This document shows positions 32,044 through 44,276 of a stretch of DNA of 64,000 bases, in pieces. The stretch is taken from positions 1,922,001 through 1,986,000 of the forward strand of contig CAWJLW010000006.1 of the NCBI GenBank assembly GCA_963843795.1, read 5' to 3'. The position numbers and the translations under genes are program-made. Each line of letters opens with the position of its first letter. Positions within the stretch are counted from its first letter, which is position 1. The DNA is from an uncultured bacterium. Its GTDB lineage: Bacteria; Armatimonadota; Abditibacteriia; Abditibacteriales; Abditibacteriaceae. The notes beneath the pieces were generated by a model. That model had not been told where the DNA came from, ran no database searches, and saw nothing but the letters and a program-made list of their open reading frames with translations.

Positions 32044-33660
32044 ATGAAGTCCACACCCCAAATTATCGGCGCATTGACTTTAACCTGCGCGCTCGCATTT
32101 TCCTCACACGCCGATCCACTGTTAAAAAATGGCGACCGCGTCGTTTTCTATGGCGACAGCATCACCGAGCAGAAACTTTACACGCGTGATATTCAGAATT
32201 ATTTCGATGTGCGCTATCCCGAAATGAAGTTGCGCTTTTTCAATGCCGGTTGGGGCGGCGATGTCGCGCCGCGCGCTCTAGACCGTTTGAATCGTGATGT
32301 TCTGTCGCTGAATCCGACTGTTGTAACACTTTTTTTCGGTATGAACGATGGCGGGTACACCAAAGTTACACCCGAAATCGTCAAGCGTTACAGCGATAAT
32401 ATGGAAGGCATCGTCAAGGCGCTGCGAGCCAAAAATGTGCGCGTCGTGGTTTATACGCCGGGCGCGGTCGATTACGACAAGCGGCCCGCTTTGAAAGACG
32501 CCCAGTACAACGAAAATCTTCAGGCGTTGGGCGCAGCGGCGATTGAAATCGCCAAGAAATACGGTTGCGCTTATGCCGATGTGCATGGCGAAATGTTGCG
32601 GGTGCAGGACGCGGCCAAAGCCAAAGATCCTAATTTCAGCATGATTCCCGACGCGGTGCATCCCAACGAAGACGGTCACTTCGTAATGGCGGCGGCCATG
32701 CTCAGAGGATTGGGCGCGGAAGCGATGCCGCCTTTAGTGGATGCGAAAATTGGCGCGCCAAAAGCGCCCGGTATGTATGAAATTAAAGCCAGCGCGAACA
32801 GTCGCTTACCGCTGTGGATTGCGCCCAGCGCGACCGATTTAGCCCAAAGTTCGGGCTTGATGGCTTTGGCCGGACAGCGCGTGAAAATCGGCGGTTTGCC
32901 GGACGGAACTTACGAAGTCAGCGTCGATAATCGCCCGGTCGGCGAATGGAGCGCCCAACAATTAAATGCGGGCGTGACTTTCGGCGGCGCTTACTCGCCG
33001 CAGGCCAAACGCTTATATGACGTAATTGGCTGGAAAGAAAGCAATTATTTCAACGCCTGGCGGAATTTGCGTTTGGGTGATGAAAACGACAACGCAGTGA
33101 AGGGTGCTTACACAAAATTGCTGGACGCCGACGCAGATTACCAAGCCGCGATTGATGTTTTGCGCACGCCACCGCCCGCGCCAACCATCACACTGCAAGC
33201 CGGTTTGCCCGCTGGAGTCGGGCCGAATTTAGCGTTGAAAAAATCGTATGAAGTCAGCGACCCTAACGTTTATAATTACGGCAGTGGCGGCCTGACCGAC
33301 GGTTCGTTTAGCGGCGAAGGGCCGCATACTTTTGCGACCGGCGAAAAAGATACGTTTCCCAAAACCGCAACCGTTGATTTGGGCGAGACACAAACTTTGG
33401 GCTTTGTGCGCTTGGGCGTGCCGAATTTTGGTTCCACCAAAAAAGTGCAAATTTCGCTCAGTTCAGATGGCCAAAATTTCAAAACCGTCGGCGAATACCA
33501 ATTCACCGTGCGCCGCGAGGAAAAGCATTTGTTTTCCTTCGCCGCCACGCCTGCGCGTTACGTGCGCGTGACGTATTTGGATCACTATCCCGATACCATC
33601 GGCTACACACCAACGTTCGCATTTAGCACCGAACTCGAAGCGTACGCAGCCAAGAAGTAA
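32044..33660 (+). CDS. Secreted SGNH/GDSL hydrolase with C-terminal discoidin (F5/8 type C)-like domain
   Basis: FYGDSIT, NAGWGG, FGMNDG, DAVHPN; NLALKK...TVDLG...ARYVRV. Confidence 0.88.
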   Translation: MKSTPQIIGALTLTCALAFSSHADPLLKNGDRVVFYGDSITEQKLYTRDIQNYFDVRYPEMKLRFFNAGWGGDVAPRALDRLNRDVLSLNPTVVTLFFGMNDGGYTKVTPEIVKRYSDNMEGIVKALRAKNVRVVVYTPGAVDYDKRPALKDAQYNENLQALGAAAIEIAKKYGCAYADVHGEMLRVQDAAKAKDPNFSMIPDAVHPNEDGHFVMAAAMLRGLGAEAMPPLVDAKIGAPKAPGMYEIKASANSRLPLWIAPSATDLAQSSGLMALAGQRVKIGGLPDGTYEVSVDNRPVGEWSAQQLNAGVTFGGAYSPQAKRLYDVIGWKESNYFNAWRNLRLGDENDNAVKGAYTKLLDADADYQAAIDVLRTPPPAPTITLQAGLPAGVGPNLALKKSYEVSDPNVYNYGSGGLTDGSFSGEGPHTFATGEKDTFPKTATVDLGETQTLGFVRLGVPNFGSTKKVQISLSSDGQNFKTVGEYQFTVRREEKHLFSFAATPARYVRVTYLDHYPDTIGYTPTFAFSTELEAYAAKK

Positions 33661-33674
33661 TTCGTGTTAAACGC

Positions 33675-33711
33675 AAAAAGCGCGCTGCAAGTACTTGCAG
33701 CGCGCTTTTTT
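33675..33711. terminator. 36-bp perfect palindrome centred on the motif; bidirectional terminator candidate
   Basis: AAAAAGCGCGCTGCAAGT|ACTTGCAGCGCGCTTTTT between convergent genes. Confidence 0.85.
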
Positions 33712-33721
33712 GATGTTTGTG

Positions 33722-34753
33722 TCAATCGCTTTTCAAATCGGCGTGTTTATCAAAGCCGATATAAATGCGCGCTTCGGCATTGCCCGCCAGCGCGGAAAGC
33801 GTTTCCAACTCGCGCAGCCGCAGCAAGCTCGGATTTTGTTGATACAATTGCGCTTCGCTTTCGCGTTGCTGCAAAGTTTGCAGTTCGGCTTGCGCGCGAA
33901 TTTGCATCGCTTCGGCTTCGGATTGCGCGTTCAAGCGTGTGGCTTCGCGGTTTTGTTCGGCTTGCACGCGCGCGATTTCATTGCGTGCGGTCGCTTCGAT
34001 GCGATTCTGCTCGGCTTTGGTGCGCGACTCGACAAGCTGCGCCTGACTTAAGCGTTCGGCAGTCAGAACGCGATTCATAATTTCCTGCAAGTTGCCGGGA
34101 AAAATCAAATCTTTCACATCGGCGCGCGAAATGAGAACGCCGTAACTGGCCGCCGATTCGGTCACGTCGCGCGAAATATCTTCGCTAAGCTGGTTGCGAT
34201 TGGTGAGAATTTCTTCCAGATTCATCGAAGCCAAGCTGCGTCGCGCCGCCAGTTGTACATCAGAATACAAACGATCTTCGTAGTTCTCGACGTTATGCAA
34301 AGCCGCGCGCGGATCAATCACTTGAAATTGCGTGATAATCGAAACTCGAATCGCCACTTTATCGGCGGTGAGAATTTCCTGACCTTTAATGGTCAAATCG
34401 CGCTGCCGCACATCGACGAGCATGATTTCTTCCAGCGCGCCGCGCCCTAAAAAGCCGCGATCTTTGAGTTCGTAACGACCCGCGCCCAACACCTGCGCCA
34501 ATTTGCCATCGAGATATTGCAAACCGCGATGAGTGTCTTTGATGATAATTTCGCGTTTCATAATTTTGGCATTAGATTGAGCGCTGAGTTCGGGCAAAGC
34601 AAATTGAGTTCGTCTGATGAGACGGGCGAGTGAGCGGAGCGCTTTGAAAAGTAGCCACACCGCGCCGCAGATAAGTGCGCCGATAAAAATACCGGCGGCG
34701 ATGACACCCAGCGAAATGCCAAGACCAATCAAGCCACCTTTAATTGCTTCCAT
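33722..34753 (-). CDS. SPFH/band-7 (slipin-like) protein
   Basis: GQEILTADKV, DVKDLIFPG, LLRLRELETL; start uncertain (34753 or 34561). Confidence 0.88.
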   Translation of the reverse strand: MEAIKGGLIGLGISLGVIAAGIFIGALICGAVWLLFKALRSLARLIRRTQFALPELSAQSNAKIMKREIIIKDTHRGLQYLDGKLAQVLGAGRYELKDRGFLGRGALEEIMLVDVRQRDLTIKGQEILTADKVAIRVSIITQFQVIDPRAALHNVENYEDRLYSDVQLAARRSLASMNLEEILTNRNQLSEDISRDVTESAASYGVLISRADVKDLIFPGNLQEIMNRVLTAERLSQAQLVESRTKAEQNRIEATARNEIARVQAEQNREATRLNAQSEAEAMQIRAQAELQTLQQRESEAQLYQQNPSLLRLRELETLSALAGNAEARIYIGFDKHADLKSD

Positions 34754-35011
34754 CGCATTGCAAACAAAAAATGTCGCAAGTACCTGCCGCACAGAGCGTG
34801 CAAGTACTTGCGAGGAAATGTTTCGTAGCGCAACGCGAGGTGAAGGACGAGCTTTCAGATGAGAATTTTGCTAAATCTCGATTGATGGGTTTAATCGCAA
34901 AATCTGATGTCCGCTCGCTCCAGCGTTCGCCGAAACAATTTTCATTATAACTGTTTTTGTGTCGGAAAATCACGCAGGAATTTTTGCACAGGATGCAGCA
35001 GAAAAGAAACT

Positions 35012-35181
35012 CACAGCGCAACAACTCGCAGCGCGGATTCAGCGGTGATGTCGGGTGCGGGTCTCTGATCTATCCTTTCCCGATTCACAATTGTTTTTCG
35101 AATACACGCAACTGGCGCTTAACAAAAGGACGGCTTCAAGCCCCGCACTCTACAAAAATCCGCGCGTCTTCTGCGCCTGTG
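35012..35181. ncRNA. Candidate rod-shaped structured RNA (6S/SsrS-like); strand uncertain
   Basis: Nested complementarity 35012-20/35172-81, 35031-39/35157-65, 35053-61/35142-50, 35073-78/35125-30 across ~170 nt. Confidence 0.4.
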
Positions 35182-35207
35182 CGCGAAATAATTGGATAAT
35201 TAGAAGT

Positions 35208-36503
35208 ATGAATTCCTTACAATCTCCGCGTGGCACTCACGATTTGCTGCCCGATCAGGCCGCGCGCTGGCGCTTCATCGAAAAGAGTTTCCGCACTGTT
35301 TGCGCGCGCTACCACTACGGCGAAATTCGCACGCCGATTTTTGAATCTACCGAACTGTTCGACCGCAGCGCCGGTGCTTCGTCCGACCTGGTTGTCACCA
35401 AGCAGATGTACACTTTCACCGCTCTGGACGGCGAAAGTTATTCGCTGCGTCCCGAAGGCACGGCGGGTGTCGTACGTGCCTACATTCAGCACCATTTAAA
35501 CGAGCGCGGGCCGGTGTGCAAGCTGTATTATCTCAACTCGCATTTTCGCTACGAAGCGCCCCAAGCCGGACGTTATCGCCAGCATCATCAGTGTGGCGTC
35601 GAGATGTTCGGTGCTGATACGCCGGAAAGCGATGTCGAAGTTCTCACGCTCGCGCACGATTTTTTTGAGGCGCTGGGTTTAGAAACCGTTGTGAAAATCA
35701 ATTCCCTCGGCACGCCAGAAAGTCGCGCGGGTTACGTCGAAGAATTGCGCAAGTACTTGCAACCGCACAGCGCGCACCTATCACCCGATTCACAGAAGCG
35801 TTTGGAGATCAACCCGCTGCGCGTTTTCGATTCCAAAGACGCACGCGATGCGGAAATCGTCAAGGGCGCGCCGCGTTTGCTGGATTATCTCAAACCTAAT
35901 GACATCGAATCGATGGCGCATTTTGCGCGCGTCTTACAACTGCTGGACGAACTCGAAATCGCTTATCAAATCGACGCCGATTTGGTGCGCGGATTGGATT
36001 ATTACACGCGCACGGCGTGGGAGTGGACGACGCCGAACTTGGGCGTTAGCATTGGCGGCGGCGGACGTTACAACGGTCTGGTCGAACAGTTGGGCGGGCC
36101 GCCGACGCCTGGCATCGGTTTCGGTATCGGCTTGGAACGTTTGATTTTAGCCTTGGGCGACGAATTGCCAGACGCACGTGGCCTGACCGGATTTCTGGTC
36201 ATGCTAGGCGACGACGCACGCGCAGCGGGGCCAAAAATCCTGCACCGTTTGCGTCAAAGTGGTGTGCGCGCCGACTGCGATTACGCGGGCCGCTCGATGA
36301 AAGCGCAAATGCGCGAAGCCAACCGCCAAAACGCCCAATTCGCACTGATTATGGGCGAAGACGAACTGGCACAAAACGCTCTGGCCGTGAAAGATATGGC
36401 GACCGGCACCCAGCAAGTGCTTGCAATGGACGAAGCGATCGCGCATTTGCAAAATGTCGATGCCGATAATGCAGTGGCGCGTTACTTCGGTGAAGCCAGC
36501 TAA
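35208..36503 (+). CDS. hisS: Histidine--tRNA ligase
   Basis: PRGTHD, LRPEGTAG, FRYEAPQAGRYRQ, LVRGLDYY, GGGRYNGL. Confidence 0.97.
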   Translation: MNSLQSPRGTHDLLPDQAARWRFIEKSFRTVCARYHYGEIRTPIFESTELFDRSAGASSDLVVTKQMYTFTALDGESYSLRPEGTAGVVRAYIQHHLNERGPVCKLYYLNSHFRYEAPQAGRYRQHHQCGVEMFGADTPESDVEVLTLAHDFFEALGLETVVKINSLGTPESRAGYVEELRKYLQPHSAHLSPDSQKRLEINPLRVFDSKDARDAEIVKGAPRLLDYLKPNDIESMAHFARVLQLLDELEIAYQIDADLVRGLDYYTRTAWEWTTPNLGVSIGGGGRYNGLVEQLGGPPTPGIGFGIGLERLILALGDELPDARGLTGFLVMLGDDARAAGPKILHRLRQSGVRADCDYAGRSMKAQMREANRQNAQFALIMGEDELAQNALAVKDMATGTQQVLAMDEAIAHLQNVDADNAVARYFGEAS

Positions 36504-36646
36504 TTTAAAGCTCATTTTTGGTGGGCACCGAATCGTGACGATTGTGTCTGATAAATATCCGTAATAAATAACACGCCCTGCAGGTACTTGCATCCGCACT
36601 TGCAGGGCGTAAACTTGTAAAAATTTAAACGGAACCAAAAATCGGC

Positions 36647-36667
36647 CTTGAGCGTTATACACTCAAG
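36647..36667. promoter_or_regulatory. HAIR (HspR operator)
   Basis: CTTGAGC-N7-ACTCAAG vs consensus CTTGAGT-N7-ACTCAAG; hspR-like gene in the same cluster. Confidence 0.85.
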
Positions 36668-36696
36668 GCAATTTTAATGCTTTCGAGGTGAGAGAA

Positions 36697-36882
36697 ATGG
36701 CAGACAAGCAGATCAAATGTTCAGTGTGCAAGCAGCCGATGAACACGGCTTTCGGGAGCGCATTGAATCGCATTGGGCCGGTGACGTGCCGCCGATGCTT
36801 CGGGGAGCAATCGTATGGAGGCAAAAACTCCGGCTCCGCTCCTGTTGCCGCAGGTCAATTAATCGCAAGTCCAGGCGAATAA
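36697..36882 (+). CDS. Small zinc-ribbon-like protein (CxxC...CxxC), 61 aa
   Basis: MADKQIKCSVC...VTCRRC; GAGGTGA RBS; directly downstream of HAIR. Confidence 0.65.
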   Translation: MADKQIKCSVCKQPMNTAFGSALNRIGPVTCRRCFGEQSYGGKNSGSAPVAAGQLIASPGE

Positions 36883-37020
36883 GCCGCTTTGAGTAGGTGA
36901 GAATTAGGCATACAGGTTGCACAATTTTTGAAAATTCCTGCCACCAAAGTTATACTGATAGCTCGCTCACAAACCAACACCAAAAGTCGGAAGCAATTCC
37001 GGCTTTTGCCGCGCCCAACA

Positions 37021-37041
37021 GTTGAGCGCAAGATTATCAAG
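37021..37041. promoter_or_regulatory. Degenerate HAIR upstream of dnaK
   Basis: GTTGAGC-N7-TATCAAG. Confidence 0.55.
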
Positions 37042-37092
37042 CCGTTTAATAGTTGAGAGATCAAACAATAATTGATTTAGGAGAGAAACATT

Positions 37093-38985
37093 ATGCCAAA
37101 AGCAGTGGGAATTGACTTAGGAACAACAAACTCGGTGGTCGCGGTCGTTCAGGGCGGCGATCCGGAAGTGCTGTTGAACGCCGAAGGTTCGCGTTTGACG
37201 CCTTCGATTGTCGCTTTTACCAAGACCGGAGAGCGTTTGGTGGGCGAACTGGCCAAACGTCAGGCGGTTCTAAATGCGGATCGCACGATCCGTTCGATCA
37301 AGCGAGAAATGGGCACGCGGCACAAAGAATCGATTGATGGCAAAGATTACACGCCCGAAGAAATTTCGGCGATGATTTTGTCGAAGTTGAAAGCCGATGC
37401 CGAAACCCGTTTGGGCGAAAAAGTCAGCGACGCGGTGATTACTGTGCCCGCCTATTTCGATGATAGCCAGCGTCAGGCAACCAAAACCGCTGGTGAAATT
37501 GCTGGTTTCAACGTTTTGCGCATTATCAATGAGCCAACCGCAGCGGCTATCGCTTACGGTTTGGATTCCAAAGATAAAGAAGAAACCATTATCGTTTATG
37601 ACTTGGGCGGCGGCACTTTCGACGTGACAGTTCTGGAAATCAGCGAAGGCTTGCTTGAAGTGAAAGCCACAGCGGGCGATACGCGCTTGGGCGGCGATGA
37701 TTTCGATGAGCGTTTGGTGAATTATGTGGCCGATGAATTTCAAAAATCGGACGGCATCGACCTGCGCAAAGACAAACAGGCCCTCCAGCGTTTGAAAGAA
37801 GCGGCGGAAAAGGCCAAAGTCGAACTGAGTTCGGCGACGACAACGACGATCAACCTGCCGTTTATCACAGCGGATCAAAACGGGCCGAAGCATTTAAATC
37901 TGGATATCACGCGCGCTAAATTTCAGGAAATCACTCACGACCTCTTGGAGCGCACGCGCAAACCGTTCGAGCGTGCTCTTAGCGACGCTGGCTTGAAGCC
38001 GGGCGAAGTGGACGAAGTGGTTCTGGTTGGCGGCTCGACGCGTATGCCTGCAGTTGTGGAACTGGTCAAGCGCGTGACTGGCAAAGAGCCGCATCAGGGC
38101 ATCAATCCGGATGAAGCGGTCGCGGTCGGTGCGGCCGTGCAAGCCAACACGCTGGCCAACCCTGGTAGCGCCGGCACCGGCATGGTTTTGGTTGACGTGA
38201 CGCCGTTGAGCCTGGGTGTGGAGACGGCCGGTGGCGTATTCACCAAATTGATCGAGCGCAACACGGCGATTCCGCACAAGAAAACCGAAACGTTTACCAC
38301 GTATTCCGATTTTCAGCCCAGCGTGGAAATCAACATTTTGCAGGGCGAGCGCGCGATGGCCGGCGACAACAAGAGTTTGGGACGTTTCCAACTCAGCGAA
38401 ATCCCGCCCGCGCCGCGTGGCACGCCGAAAATCGAAGTGACATTCGATATCGACGCCAACGGAATCGTGAACGTCTCGGCCAAAGAGCAGCAAACAGGTA
38501 AAGAGCAGAAAATTACCATTACCGGTTCGAGCGGTTTGAGCAAGGCCGACATCGACCGCATGGTGAGCGATGCCGAGCAAAATGCCGCTGCTGACGAGGA
38601 GCGCCGCACCAAAGCCGATGCGAAAAACCAGTTGGACGCGCTGGTGTTCCAGACCAAGAAGTTTGTCGAGGAACAGGGCGACAAGATTGGTGCAAGCGAG
38701 AAAACTGCTTTAGAAGACGCCATAAAAGGCGCCGAGGACGACTTGCAAAGCGACGATGTCGAGCGCTTCAAGAGCGGTCAAGAAAAATTGACTGCGGCCT
38801 ATCACGCGGCGGGTACCAGCGCTTACGCGCAAGAAGCCAACGCGCAAGGTGCTCCCGACGGCGCGCAACCTTCGGGCAGCGATTTCGCGGGTTACGACAA
38901 CGATGCAAGCACGCAGAATGGCGTTGCCGATGGCGCGGTCGAAGGCGAAGTTGTCGAGGGCGAAGTGACCGACACTAAAGCCTAA
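37093..38985 (+). CDS. dnaK: Chaperone DnaK
   Basis: [33 protein letters not shown]. Confidence 0.98.
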   Translation: MPKAVGIDLGTTNSVVAVVQGGDPEVLLNAEGSRLTPSIVAFTKTGERLVGELAKRQAVLNADRTIRSIKREMGTRHKESIDGKDYTPEEISAMILSKLKADAETRLGEKVSDAVITVPAYFDDSQRQATKTAGEIAGFNVLRIINEPTAAAIAYGLDSKDKEETIIVYDLGGGTFDVTVLEISEGLLEVKATAGDTRLGGDDFDERLVNYVADEFQKSDGIDLRKDKQALQRLKEAAEKAKVELSSATTTTINLPFITADQNGPKHLNLDITRAKFQEITHDLLERTRKPFERALSDAGLKPGEVDEVVLVGGSTRMPAVVELVKRVTGKEPHQGINPDEAVAVGAAVQANTLANPGSAGTGMVLVDVTPLSLGVETAGGVFTKLIERNTAIPHKKTETFTTYSDFQPSVEINILQGERAMAGDNKSLGRFQLSEIPPAPRGTPKIEVTFDIDANGIVNVSAKEQQTGKEQKITITGSSGLSKADIDRMVSDAEQNAAADEERRTKADAKNQLDALVFQTKKFVEEQGDKIGASEKTALEDAIKGAEDDLQSDDVERFKSGQEKLTAAYHAAGTSAYAQEANAQGAPDGAQPSGSDFAGYDNDASTQNGVADGAVEGEVVEGEVTDTKA

Positions 38986-38994
38986 GTTCTGCAA

Positions 38995-39036
38995 TTCTAT
39001 CTCACATTGCTGAAAAATCAGCAGTGCGAGATAGAA
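38995..39036 (+). terminator. Stem-loop after dnaK
   Basis: TTCTATCTCACATTGCTGA-AAAA-TCAGCAGTGCGAGATAGAA (imperfect stem). Confidence 0.55.
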
Positions 39037-39122
39037 AATGTCGATAAATCATCTCTGCAAGTACTTGCTAGGTGTAAAGTCTTCAGCAAGTACTTGCAGA
39101 GTGTTTCACAAAGGAAAAAGTC

Positions 39123-39554
39123 ATGGCGATTGTGCGTTATGCGGCGTATCCGCTTTCCAATTTAGAGCAGCGCGTGAGCCAGATGTTCGATGAGTTCGAC
39201 CGCGCCATCGAAGATCAGGAAGGCATGTTTCGGCCCGCCGTCGATGTTTGTGAAGATGCCGAAGCGTTTACGATTCATCTCGAAGTTCCGGGCGTCGCAC
39301 AGGAAAATCTCGATATTTCGATGCAAGATGACATTCTATTGATTCGCGGCCACAAAAAGCAGCACGCAGCCACCGAAGGCACGCGCTTTCGTCGCATCGA
39401 ACGCGCTTATGGTTCGTTTGCGCGGCGCATTCAACTGCCGCACAACGTCGATAGCAACGCGATTACAGCGCACTTGAATGAAGGCGTATTAGAAGTGCGC
39501 CTGCCCAAAACCAACGGTGGCGAGCCTCGCCAAATCGCGATTCGCAAATCTTAA
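39123..39554 (+). CDS. Hsp20/alpha-crystallin small heat-shock protein
   Basis: PAVDV, EVPGV, ERAYGSFARRIQLP, GVLEVRLPK. Confidence 0.95.
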   Translation: MAIVRYAAYPLSNLEQRVSQMFDEFDRAIEDQEGMFRPAVDVCEDAEAFTIHLEVPGVAQENLDISMQDDILLIRGHKKQHAATEGTRFRRIERAYGSFARRIQLPHNVDSNAITAHLNEGVLEVRLPKTNGGEPRQIAIRKS

Positions 39555-39600
39555 TTTTTCTCCCTCGTCATTGAATTTATAACGATAACATTTGATTCTT

Positions 39601-40620
39601 ATGGCCACAGATTTCTATAAATTATTGGGTGTCGAGCGTTCGGCGAGCGAGAAAGACATCAAGCGCGCTTATCGCAAGCAGGCGCGCCAGCATCATCCTG
39701 ATGTCAATCCCAACGATCCTAACGCCGAAGCAAAATTCAAAGAAATCAACCACGCTTATCAGGTGTTGTCGGACAAAGAAAAGCGCTCACTATACGACCA
39801 GTTCGGCCCCGATTTCGACAAAGTAGGACAGGCTCCGCCCGGTTGGAACGGACAAAATTCTGGCGGCAATTCTTACGGTGTGAACAACAACCCATATGCC
39901 GGAGTTGATTTAGAAGATTTGCTGCGCCAGACACAACGCAGTAGCGGCGGCGCGACAAATGTGGAAGCCGGCGCGGGTAGCGATATTTTCGAGAGTATTT
40001 TCGGCGGTTTGCGCGGTCGCGGTGGTTTTGGTAATCGCCGCCGCGAACCACAGCGCGGCGAAAATATCGAGCAGGCGGTGCAAATCACGCTGCCCGAATC
40101 CATTCACGGCACGCAGCGCGCTTTTCAATTTACCATTACCGATCCGAGTACGGGCACAGTTGACCGGCGCAATGTCACGGTGAAAATCCCCGCTGGCGTG
40201 CGCGATGGCGCGACGGTGCGCGTGGCGGGCAAAGGCACGGCGGGCGCAGCAGGTGCGCCCAACGGCGACTTGCTGCTAAAAATCTCTATCGCGCCACACG
40301 CTTACTGGAAGCGCAATGGCGACGATTTATTGATCGAAGTGCCCGTTACTTTTAGCGAAGCAGCGCTGGGCGCGACGATTGATGTGCCGACACAAAGCGG
40401 GCGCGTCAATATGAAATTGCCCGCAGGCACGCAAAGTGGCCAAAAAATTCGGCTCAGCGGGCGCGGCATCAAGCGCAAAGACGGCAGCGCGGGCGATCAA
40501 TATGTGATCGCAAAAATTGATGTGCCCAAAGAACTATCCGATAGAGAACGCGAATTAGTAGAAGAATTAAAAAGTTTACGCGCAGAAAATCCGCGCTCTG
40601 TTCTCTCGGACAAAATCTAA
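39601..40620 (+). CDS. DnaJ/CbpA-type co-chaperone (J domain + C-terminal domain, no Zn finger)
   Basis: HPD motif; VKIPAGV, EAALG, GRGI. Confidence 0.93.
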   Translation: MATDFYKLLGVERSASEKDIKRAYRKQARQHHPDVNPNDPNAEAKFKEINHAYQVLSDKEKRSLYDQFGPDFDKVGQAPPGWNGQNSGGNSYGVNNNPYAGVDLEDLLRQTQRSSGGATNVEAGAGSDIFESIFGGLRGRGGFGNRRREPQRGENIEQAVQITLPESIHGTQRAFQFTITDPSTGTVDRRNVTVKIPAGVRDGATVRVAGKGTAGAAGAPNGDLLLKISIAPHAYWKRNGDDLLIEVPVTFSEAALGATIDVPTQSGRVNMKLPAGTQSGQKIRLSGRGIKRKDGSAGDQYVIAKIDVPKELSDRERELVEELKSLRAENPRSVLSDKI

Positions 40621-40698
40621 TTTCTTAAAGTTCTTTCTCTATCTCTGCAAGTACTTGCAGAGCGCTTTTCCAACATCATCGTAAGCGAGGTGATAACG

Positions 40699-41097
40699 AT
40701 GCACGGACACAATCCTTCCAACAATACCAATTTTCTGTCGAGCAATTCTAAACGCGATAATAGAGAGGCTCAACAACGCACAACGGCCAACGCTCAACAC
40801 ACCGAAGCGCCCGCAGAACGCCAGCGACCGGTTTATCATATCTCTATCGTGGCCGAAATCGTTGATACGCACCCGCAAACCCTGCGCACGTATGAACGGA
40901 TGGGACTGGTTTCACCCCAACGCACGCGCAATAACGTGCGCCTTTATTCCGAAGACGATGTAGAACAAGTGCGCCGCATTCAGCACTTAACCCAAGAACT
41001 CGGCGTCAATTTGGCCGGTGTCGAAGTCGTTTTTAAACTGCTGCAAGAAATAGAAAAAATGCGGCAGGAAATCGAAGCTCAGGAAAACTCGGCCTGA
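40699..41097 (+). CDS. hspR: MerR-family heat-shock repressor HspR
   Basis: YHISIVAEIVDTHPQTLRTYERMGLVSPQRT...LGVNLAGV; located between dnaJ and clpB. Confidence 0.9.
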   Translation: MHGHNPSNNTNFLSSNSKRDNREAQQRTTANAQHTEAPAERQRPVYHISIVAEIVDTHPQTLRTYERMGLVSPQRTRNNVRLYSEDDVEQVRRIQHLTQELGVNLAGVEVVFKLLQEIEKMRQEIEAQENSA

Positions 41098-41157
41098 TTC
41101 CATACACGTAATTTTGCAAGCTGCTAAGTACTTGCAACCCTTTTCGTGCGCCTTCGT

Positions 41158-41178
41158 CTTGAGTGCATTGAACTCAAC
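41158..41178. promoter_or_regulatory. HAIR (HspR operator) upstream of clpB
   Basis: CTTGAGT-N7-ACTCAAC. Confidence 0.85.
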
Positions 41179-41216
41179 CGTGTTAAATAAATTAGTATCA
41201 AGGATGTGAAGGAAAT

Positions 41217-43889
<2,673 letters not shown>

Positions 43890-44276
43890 AATTGTGCCGC
43901 AAGTACTTGCAAGGAAGTCGGAAAGCGAAATGCGTTGCCATCGTAATGATGGCAGCGCATTTCATTTTGGACTGTTTCAAATTTACTAAACGCTGCAATT
44001 TGTAGCCTTCTCAACACATGAGTCGCTTTCGCGTTTCTTGTTGCTAAATATAGCGTTTCAGGGCGCAATCTGGCATTTAAATCGCCATGAATTTTAATGA
44101 GCAATGTAAGTCTTAAAGTTTCAACATTGTCACACAAACGTGATTTTTCGGCGTGCGATTTGCCATTATGAAAGGCACCAAAAAAGAAAAGTTTTCTGTC
44201 ATTTTGGAAGGTTCATTTCTCTTTGGCTTATCTCTTATTTCATGGGCTTTATTAAGTCTGCAAAAGGAAAATCATC

